Shown: positions 1 to 7,200 of the stretch, piece by piece
Position numbering within the stretch: position 1 is the first letter of the stretch
Layout of the letters: each line of letters starts with the position of its first letter
From: Planctomycetota bacterium
GTDB lineage: Bacteria; Planctomycetota; SZUA-567; H5-PLA8
Assembly (NCBI GenBank): GCA_045863855.1
Contig: BTVV01000113.1
Span: forward strand, 1-20,285
Direction of reading: 5' to 3'
DNA: 20,285 nt
Notes under the pieces: model-generated
The model's input: the letters and a program-made list of their open reading frames with translations, nothing else
What the model was told of the DNA's origin: nothing
Database searches by the model: none
Made by a program: the position numbers and the translations under genes

Positions 1-24
1 GTTTTGAGCTACCTGGAAGTCTGT

Positions 25-63
25 AAACACAACGGGGACCGTTCTTTCGAACGGTCCCCGTTG
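25..63 (-). terminator. Rho-independent terminator of the small repeat-protein gene
   Basis: Perfect 15-bp stem CAACGGGGACCGTTC (30-44) / GAACGGTCCCCGTTG (49-63). On the minus strand the loop is a GAAA tetraloop and the stem is followed by TGTTT. It lies 26 nt after the TAA at 90-92. Confidence 0.85.
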
Positions 64-89
64 GGACAGAAGTCCAAAGTGCGTGAGTA

Positions 90-260
90 TTACTCGCTCT
101 TCTTGGCTTCTTCGCCCGTCTTGGCTTCGCCCGTCTTGGCCTCTTCGCCCGTCTTGGCCTCTTCGCCCGTCTTGGCTTCGGTCTTGGCTTCCTCAGCATT
201 CACCATCGGCGAGCTGACCGCCAGACCCAGACCCAACAGAAGCGCCATCAAGTACCGCAT
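90..260 (-). CDS. 56-aa secreted low-complexity protein (Sec signal peptide + EAKTG(E) repeats)
   Basis: ATG at 260-258 with AAAGGAG 7 nt upstream, a better start than the track's 443. MRYLMALLLGLGLAVSSPMVNA|EEAKTEAKTGEEAKTGEEAKTGEAKTGEEAKKSE: hydrophobic h-region, VNA cleavage-like site, followed by a strong terminator. Confidence 0.8.
   Translation of the reverse strand: MRYLMALLLGLGLAVSSPMVNAEEAKTEAKTGEEAKTGEEAKTGEAKTGEEAKKSE
101..194. repeat. In-frame coding tandem repeat (12-18 bp units)
   Basis: GTCTTGGCCTCTTCGCCC occurs exactly at 133-150 and 151-168, with 18-, 15- and 12-bp variants on either side. It encodes (G)(E)EAKT units. Confidence 0.9.
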
Positions 261-405
261 GACTACAACTCCTTTCCTCGCTGCTCTGACAGTGCGGTTT
301 CCCGGTTCGCGAACCATTCGCGCCCGTACACTGTCTGCGTCTCTGACGAGACTTGAGTATTTTCCTTCAAATCGAGGCAACTTGCAAACACTGTTATGAA
401 CGCAC

Positions 406-435
406 CTTATAGGAAACCCACGAGGAATTTTGCAA
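406..435 (-). promoter_or_regulatory. Candidate sigma70-type promoter for the small protein gene
   Basis: TTGCAA (435-430), 18-nt spacer, TATAAG (411-406) on the minus strand, in an AT-rich intergenic stretch. Confidence 0.4.
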
Positions 436-507
436 AGCCTCATTCGATCCTAATAATCTTAACTCTTACCTAATCACAAGCAATGCGTTGCTTCGTAACG
501 AGTTACA

Positions 508-1770
508 TCAGCGGGTTGTAAAATCGGGGACAAGCGCACCCGAAAAGAGCATTTGGCCAGATTCGCTGGGATGGGCTACATCGGGCTTCCCGTCTTCTAA
601 TTGCACAAAGAGCGTATCCAGCGTTCCGTTGCTGCGGGCCGCTTGAAACGCGCTACGGGGAGCCTCGGTGTAGGCGCAACGAAGCTCGCTCGCCACTTCG
701 CGAGCGGTCTCGCCGAAAAAGTTCATGCTCTCGCGGCGCGCTTCGTCGGCTCCGGGGATGGTCGCGATCAGCAGCACTTCGGACTGCCCTTCCGTCAGCC
801 GCCGCACGCGCAGGACCAGTTCCCGCCAGTTGCCTCGAGCGATGTCGCGCTGTTCTTCGGGCGTCCTGCGCTTCTGCAGCAGGGATGAGTAGTCGTTGTA
901 GCCAAAGTGCACGAGCACCAAGTCAGGCTTCATCGCCGCGACATCTCGCGGCAAAAGAGCGATCGCTTGGCGCGTCTCCAAGCCCCCGATGCCCTTGTTG
1001 ACCACGTGGATCTGATCGTAGCCGAATGCTTTGCGCAGTTCGTCCTGCAGGCGACCCGGCCACCCGTCCCGCGCGCGGTCCTTGATGTGCGTACCGTAGG
1101 TAATCGAATCGCCCAGCGCCACCAGCGTGACCAGTTCCTTCGCGCGCAGCTTAGCCAGCGTACGCGGCATGCCAGGCGCATCCGGTAGGGCGGGATCGGT
1201 CTGCGGAATCTCAGCCTCCAGCGCCAGTTCGTCCAGTTCGAAGGTGCACGCCGCCCAAGGCTTGAAGTAGAACCAGCGCCCGAACCAGATTCCGCGAATC
1301 TTCGAAGGCTGCATCGCCGTTCCGGGCGCGCCGAACCAGTCGGCCGTCACCACTTCGGGAACGAAGTCGGTCCAGCGCAAGCGGACCGTGCGCCATTCTT
1401 TCGACTGAAGCCCGATCAGCGCCGCGTAGCGCATGGTAAAGGTTTCATCGACCAGCGAGACGGCGACAAAATCGTCCGACCCGTTGCCGCGAAACCGGAA
1501 GGAGATGCCCGCCGCGCGGTCCCAGCTTTCGTCGGCGACGAACGAACGTCCCGCGAAGTGCGGCTGGCGGCTTTCGGCGAAACTGAAGTGCAGCGCCTTG
1601 CCGGACGGAGCTTGTACCGTCTGGACCTCCGGCGGAGGCTGCCCGCTGATCCCGCGCCAACGCTCGGCCTCATCGCACGCGTCCAGCGAGGCCGCCGAAC
1701 CGGAACGGGGCCATAAAGCGCCCAGCAGAAGCAGCATTGTCGCAAGGAGGTGCCGGTGCGCATGAGGCAT
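508..1770 (-). CDS. Secreted SGNH/GDSL-family hydrolase with N-terminal carbohydrate-binding-like (CBM11/CIA30-like) domain
   Basis: N-terminal signal peptide (LLATMLLLLGALWPRSGSAA). SGNH blocks LVALGDSITYG, NKGIGG, HFGYND and DVAHPS. The N-domain pattern GISFRFRGNG...W..V.L.W.DF...FELDEL resembles CBM11/CIA30 jelly-roll domains. Confidence 0.85.
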   Translation of the reverse strand: MPHAHRHLLATMLLLLGALWPRSGSAASLDACDEAERWRGISGQPPPEVQTVQAPSGKALHFSFAESRQPHFAGRSFVADESWDRAAGISFRFRGNGSDDFVAVSLVDETFTMRYAALIGLQSKEWRTVRLRWTDFVPEVVTADWFGAPGTAMQPSKIRGIWFGRWFYFKPWAACTFELDELALEAEIPQTDPALPDAPGMPRTLAKLRAKELVTLVALGDSITYGTHIKDRARDGWPGRLQDELRKAFGYDQIHVVNKGIGGLETRQAIALLPRDVAAMKPDLVLVHFGYNDYSSLLQKRRTPEEQRDIARGNWRELVLRVRRLTEGQSEVLLIATIPGADEARRESMNFFGETAREVASELRCAYTEAPRSAFQAARSNGTLDTLFVQLEDGKPDVAHPSESGQMLFSGALVPDFTTR

Positions 1771-1877
1771 GAACGAATTCCTGACGCGGGCCCGCGGGTC
1801 TAAGCCGCCCGCGCGCGAAGCTTCAGTGTACCAGGGTTTATCGAGCGGGCGAAGGCGTACATCCGAAAGGGGCGCGC

Positions 1878-2360
1878 CTACCGCGTGTCAAGGTGGCAGA
1901 GATCATCGCCCCGCGGCGCCCGGGCCGCCGCCCCCAGATCGTCCACGCCGTCCGGTCCGACGCTCCAGACCAGAAACTCGGTGCTCGAAGTCTTGCGATA
2001 CCGGATCCGCCGTCCCCAGCCATCCTTAAGGAAGACCGGATTCGCCTTATCGATCGAATCGGGCGGCAGTCCGCTGGGTTCTTCGTCCAGCCAGTCGGTC
2101 CGGAACTCGACGCCGCGCGTGTCGTAGGGCGAAGGCCAGGTGGGCGGCTGCGCCGGATCGCCCGTCGGGTAATCGCGGTGGATTGAGTTATAGGCTTCCA
2201 GCGCCGCGGAGACCGACTTCGTCAACGCCAAGGTACGATCCGCGCGGGCGCGCTCGCGCGCCTTCCAGACCTGCACCCCCACGAGCCCCAGCAGCATGAG
2301 GATGAGCGCCAAAACGACCAGCAACTCGATGAGCGTGACGCCCGGCGCGCGGGACCTCAA
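1878..2360 (-). CDS. GspG-like pseudopilin, type B copy 2 (~160 aa)
   Basis: Probable TTG start at 2360-2358 overlapping the upstream TGA (TTGA). The track's start at 2747 overlaps the upstream gene by ~390 nt. Leader RSRAPG|VTLIELLVVLALILMLLGLV; GspG-type C-terminal motifs DGWGRRIRY, VWSVGPDG, GDDL. Confidence 0.85.
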   Translation of the reverse strand: MRSRAPGVTLIELLVVLALILMLLGLVGVQVWKARERARADRTLALTKSVSAALEAYNSIHRDYPTGDPAQPPTWPSPYDTRGVEFRTDWLDEEPSGLPPDSIDKANPVFLKDGWGRRIRYRKTSSTEFLVWSVGPDGVDDLGAAARAPRGDDLCHLDTR

Positions 2361-3016
2361 GGCTGCACCCAGTTCCGCAGATCGTCGCCGGCCGACGCGC
2401 GCGCCCGCTCGAATTCCTCCTGGTCGTACAGCGGCGGGCCCTGGTGAACGTAACCGGGCGTCAGACGCGTCTCGTTGATGCCGTTCGGACCGTACGAAAA
2501 CACCAAGCCGACTTCCCGCAGGTTGCCGTTGAGGCGCCCGGGCGGCGGCGGGAGCACGAAAAATCGCACCACCACCGGATGTCCAAACTCGTCCACCAAT
2601 ACTCCATCGCGGAGGTTCTTCTGCGCAAAGGTATAGCTCGTCTGCTTCTTCAAGAGGTTCACCAACTCGCCATTGGCTTCCACTCCGGTGCTCTTGGCGC
2701 CGAATGGGGCGGCCTCGACTTCCAGGTATTCGACACCGCCCGACCAAAGGTCGGCCGGGCTGGAATCCGATAGCGGGAACGTACCGCCGTTGGGGGTGAG
2801 TTGATAGGCGACCAGGCTGGCGCCGAGTTGGTCCAGCAGCGTCTGAGTGGCCGCTTCACGAGCGGACTTTTGAATGCGTCCAAGCACCGCCAGCAGCAGG
2901 CCGCCCAACAGCACCACGATCGCCACCGCGATCAGGACTTCCACCAGCGTGAAGCCGGAACGTCGGTCGGTCCGCGTCGGCATGGCGGCAACTCCCGGTA
3001 AGGCCGGGCTGTTCAC
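2357..3016 (-). CDS. GspG-like pseudopilin, type A copy 2
   Basis: Leader RRSG|FTLVEVLIAVAIVVLLGGLL; motifs DEFGHP, VFSYGPNG, GDDLRNW. Start is GTG at 3016 or the alternative ATG at 2983. Confidence 0.85.
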   Translation of the reverse strand: MNSPALPGVAAMPTRTDRRSGFTLVEVLIAVAIVVLLGGLLLAVLGRIQKSAREAATQTLLDQLGASLVAYQLTPNGGTFPLSDSSPADLWSGGVEYLEVEAAPFGAKSTGVEANGELVNLLKKQTSYTFAQKNLRDGVLVDEFGHPVVVRFFVLPPPPGRLNGNLREVGLVFSYGPNGINETRLTPGYVHQGPPLYDQEEFERARASAGDDLRNWVQP

Positions 3017-3022
3017 CTGCGA

Positions 3023-3556
3023 TCAGTAGTCCACGTCCTCGACGGTCACGTCATCTTCGGCCTTCTTGATTCGGATGTCGGAGGTACCGCCGATGTCGTC
3101 GATCCCGTTCGGGCCGACGCTCCAGATCAGGTATTCGTCGGGGCTGACTTTCCGGTATCGAAACGGCGCGCCCCAACCGTCGGCCATCCAATTGTCGTTG
3201 TCCGGGTGGCGGTCGCTTTCCTGGTGCGATTCCCACGGCGGATCGCGCTCGGTCAGGTAGCGCACATCGAACTCTTCGCCTTGGTAAGTATTGGCCGTCG
3301 GCCACTGTTCGGGATCGGACGCCGTGGGGCTGATCGGGTTGCCGCTGGGGTAGTCGCGCCACATGACGTGGTATTCGACCATGGCGAGCTTGACGCGCGC
3401 CAGCATCGACTTGGTGCGGCTCATCCGGGCTTTTTCGCGCGCCGACCAAGCGACCACTCCGACCAATCCCAGCAGCAGCAGGATGATCGCGATCACGACC
3501 AGGAGTTCGACCAGCGTGACGCCGCGTTCGCGGCGGATCGAAAGCGGAATGCGCAT
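3023..3556 (-). CDS. GspG-like pseudopilin, type B copy 1
   Basis: Leader RRERG|VTLVELLVVIAIILLLLGLV; motifs DGWGAPFRY, IWSVGPNG, EDDV. It starts 3 nt after the upstream stop. Confidence 0.9.
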   Translation of the reverse strand: MRIPLSIRRERGVTLVELLVVIAIILLLLGLVGVVAWSAREKARMSRTKSMLARVKLAMVEYHVMWRDYPSGNPISPTASDPEQWPTANTYQGEEFDVRYLTERDPPWESHQESDRHPDNDNWMADGWGAPFRYRKVSPDEYLIWSVGPNGIDDIGGTSDIRIKKAEDDVTVEDVDY

Positions 3557-3559
3557 GAT

Positions 3560-4216
3560 TTATTTCCAGCTCGTCAAATCGTCGGCGCCCGACGCCGGCG
3601 TCGCTTCGGCACGCGTGATGAGGTCCTTGTCGTAGTCCGGCGCGGCGCCGACGGTATGCCCGGCGTCCACATCCACGCCCTGCTTGTTGTCGGGGCCGTA
3701 CGAGAAGATGTACAGCTTCTCCGAGAGCTTCTGGGAATCGGCCGAGACCGTCGTCGGCGCCTTGATCCAGAAGCGCGAGACCAGCGGGACCGAGAAGTGG
3801 TCCATCAGGTAGTCGCCTTGCACGTTCTCTTTCTTGACGTCCAGGAATTCGAGGTCCAGCAGCAACGTCGTCAACGCACGGTTGTCTTCGGCCGGCGTCG
3901 CGAGGTTCGCCGTGAGGTTCATGCCCACGCAGGGAATCTGGTAGTAGCCCGGGTTGTACGACCCGCCGCCGTCGTCCCAGATGATGTTGCTGCCGCCCGG
4001 CTGGATCGGATAGATGCCCCAGTCGAGCCGGTAATTGTCGAGACCGATTTTGAGGTTATGGATCGTGGACTTGGTGGCCGCCGCGCGCGCATGCCGCCGC
4101 GCCGCCGCCAGCACGGGCAAAAGCAGCCCGATCAACAGAATGATGATCGCGATCACGACCAGCATCTCGAGCAACGTGAAGCCGCGCGCCCGCCGCACCG
4201 GATGGTATGTCGTCAT
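3560..4216 (-). CDS. GspG-like pseudopilin, type A copy 1 (218 aa)
   Basis: ATG at 4216-4214 with GAAGGAG 6 nt upstream. Leader RRARG|FTLLEMLVVIAIIILLIGLLLP; LDNYRLDWGIYP resembles the GspG 'L..Y..D.G.YP' motif; also IFSYGPD and ADDLTSW. Confidence 0.9.
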   Translation of the reverse strand: MTTYHPVRRARGFTLLEMLVVIAIIILLIGLLLPVLAAARRHARAAATKSTIHNLKIGLDNYRLDWGIYPIQPGGSNIIWDDGGGSYNPGYYQIPCVGMNLTANLATPAEDNRALTTLLLDLEFLDVKKENVQGDYLMDHFSVPLVSRFWIKAPTTVSADSQKLSEKLYIFSYGPDNKQGVDVDAGHTVGAAPDYDKDLITRAEATPASGADDLTSWK

Positions 4217-4282
4217 GCCAAACTCCTTCGAGCGCCGCCGCTCCCGATTATCCCGCACGCCACACTCCGCGCTCGCGCGCGT

Positions 4283-7200
4283 CTACTGGCCCATCGACGC
4301 CCCGATGTAGAAGAGTTCGGGGTCCACGTCGCCCATCATCGTGCGCGAACCGTGCATGATGAACTCGCCCGTATACGGCCCGTGCACATGCCGGTCCGTC
4401 GGCGTGCCCGGCACGCGCGAGTATACCCGGCTGTAACGCCGCACGGTGAGCACATCCTGATACCGAGCGTCCGTCATTTCCACCACCACCGAAACCCGGA
4501 AGGTGTTCGAGCGGAACTTGATCGGAAGCGTGACGGCGTCGTTGATGACTTCGCCGATGTTGGCCTTCTGCCACGAAGTATTGATAGCTTTCATCTTCAC
4601 GCCGTAACCCGGAGTCCCTGGCGAATCGTAGCTAACACCAGCCGCAGTAGATGCGACAGTCGGGTTCTCCCACTCCACCCAATTATGCGGATTATTCGAA
4701 TCGATGCGTTTATGGTACGGATAACCGCGCGGAACGATCCAGAAGCTGTTGTAGGGTTGATTGGGCACGATATTATGCGCCCAAGTGAAATCGCCGCGCG
4801 CAACGACCTGACCAGTACCCACCGTCGCAGCAGTACTTGCGACTACGCCACGATTGCGTGCATCCCGGGTCATAGTGATGTGCCCGTCGCCGTCGAAATC
4901 GATCGCGCCGATGCGCCCGTTGCTGAGCGAGACCAGCACGTCGTTGGCGGCGCGCTCGCTGATGTAATGATGCTCGATGCGCAGGCCCGCCGCATCGCGC
5001 CCACGAACTTCATCCACGCGATACTGCCAGTTGCGGATCGTGGTCACACCCTGAAATGGAGGCGGCATGTAGGGGTATAGGAAGGCCAAGGAAGAAGGTA
5101 GCGCGATCGGATTCCCTTCCGGGTCGACCGGATCGCCGTCCACGTTCATCGTTTTGGGCCACGCCCCGTAGTTGCCACTAATGGGCCAGTGTCCATCGAT
5201 AGCCACCACGGCTTTATTCCAAAGCCTGGGCGAGGCGACTGCATTGGGACGGAAGCCCATTAGCGCATCTGCAAGCGCACGGTCTACGAATGGGCCGCCC
5301 CTGCCAGCCGGTCCCAAACTAGGTCCTGACGCCACTTTTGAACCATCGAAAAACGCAGGGTAATTGCGGGGATCGACCGGCCAATCGACCGGAACTACGG
5401 CACCCGGCGGCTGGCTGTGGCACACCGAAAACGCGTTAACGCCCAATACGGGGTCTCGTAAATGCACGTAGTACCGTGTAGTATCGGGTGGACCCGGGAT
5501 ACCGGTTCCTGCCGTAGTACCATCCAGATAGGGCTTCGCGTTGGCGTTGATTGCTTCGACGTTCACCGGAAGTGGAGGTCTGTACACCATGTGTCCCAGC
5601 ATCGCCACGAAATCGGCCCACGTGCGGAACGGATGGTTGCGCACGGGCGCCGAGCGCATTTCGGGCTCGGTCTGATTGCGAACCGTATGGTGAAGGTAGC
5701 GGAAGTCGCCGCCGAGGGCGTCTTCGAGCGTGTTGTAGGGGAAGTCGAGTACGCGGTCCATCTGCGCCGAAGCCTGCGCCAATGTCGCACCCGGTCCCCC
5801 GGGCGGATACTGGCCCCAGTACTGCAACGCTTGCGGATACAGGCCGCGGCTTTCGATGGGGTTGATCGGCTGTGGGCCGCCGCCTGCCGGAATATCCATC
5901 CCTTCCTCCGCGCGATACGGTTCGCCGAACGGGCGCTCGTTCATCGCGCCGGTGAATCGGCGGTTGTAGATCTGATTGCCGCGCATCCAGTAGCGGTTGT
6001 AAGTCGTGAAATAGTCGGGCACGACCACGGCGCTGGTGTTATCGAGGTGGTCGCCGTAGCTGGTCCAGATGGGATTCTTGAGCCGGTTCGTCGCATTGTT
6101 CGTATAGGCCAGACCTAAGCGCGGATGCGCTTCCAGGTCATGGAAGCCCACGCCCCCGTCGCGATGCGGCGTCTCGTTCAGCGGGATGGCGATGTTGGCC
6201 ACGTCCGTGGAGGAAGACGAGAGGAACGGCAACTGCTGGACCGGGTTGGGCCACCAAGGATTGATCTGGTAATCCATGATCTCGTCGGCGATCAACTCCT
6301 GGTACTTACGGCCCACGCGCGTCAAGCGCCAAGCATCGCCCTTGCTAATGCGAGGCGCGAACGGCGTGAACTCGGTCAGGAACCCCGTCTCCTTGGGCAC
6401 CGGAATCATCGGATCGACCGGCTGCTGGTCGGCCAGCGCCGTATTCGCGATATCGTCGTCGTCAATCAGCTTGGTGCTCAACGGCGGCGCGCCGGGCTGC
6501 TGCCCCGCGAAGCTGGGGTAGATGCCCGTGTAAATCGGCATGTAACGCCTGAACTGATCGGCCCAGTGCACGCTCAGCCCCGAGCCTGGATACAGCAGCA
6601 GGTAGTCGGGATTGGGCAAGCCGTGCAGCGCATGCGGCATGGGTGAGTTCCAAGTGGTTGGAATGTTAAAGGTGGCGTTGTTGGCTCCGTAGACCGCTGT
6701 GCCGAGTTGCAAACGATTGCCGGTATACCCCGGTACGCGGCCTTCGGGGAACGGCAGCGTACCGTTCACCTTGTTGTCGTCCGGCTTCATAAATGCGCCG
6801 GTATTCTTGATGGCAGGGATGGGGCGGACGCGCTGTCGGAACCAGTCGGGCCAATTGTGTCGGAAGTCTGGCCGGCAGGTCATGCGCGAGAAAAGCAACG
6901 TATCGTTTGGGGCAGTGTCCTGCACCGGCGGTGAAAGCGCTTGGTCGTAATGGCAATCCACAAAGACATCGTCGGCGATGTCCCCTGTGCCCCGGAAGGT
7001 CGTGGCATTCCAAGAAGTGTACGTTACCGGCTCCGGCGTGAAGAAATCCATCTTGCCCAAGTACATATACGGCCGCTCGGGATCGATGTGCCGGTGGTAC
7101 GAATAACTGCCCAGAGTTCGCGCCGCCGCGGTCGTTCCTTGAGCGTTCGCGACATGGTCCGCAAGCGTGCCTGCGGTCTTTTCGGCGATCAGCTCCTGGT

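Noticed and set aside
101..194. Short direct repeats as a possible CRISPR array
   Set aside because: Units are contiguous with no spacers, lengths are multiples of 3 and they are coding; no cas genes are present.
4..399. 131-aa ORF with ASSPVL repeats
   Set aside because: Antisense of the EAKTG repeat gene. The RBS, signal peptide and terminator all favour the minus strand.
2361..2747. ORF-track N-terminal extension of the 1878 pseudopilin
   Set aside because: It overlaps the upstream gene by ~390 nt and would bury the prepilin leader. The TTG start at 2360 gives a normal short leader.
3206..5080. 624-aa plus-strand ORF
   Set aside because: Antisense shadow of three motif-supported minus-strand genes. 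R/V/D/H-rich composition with no motifs is typical of GC-rich codon bias.
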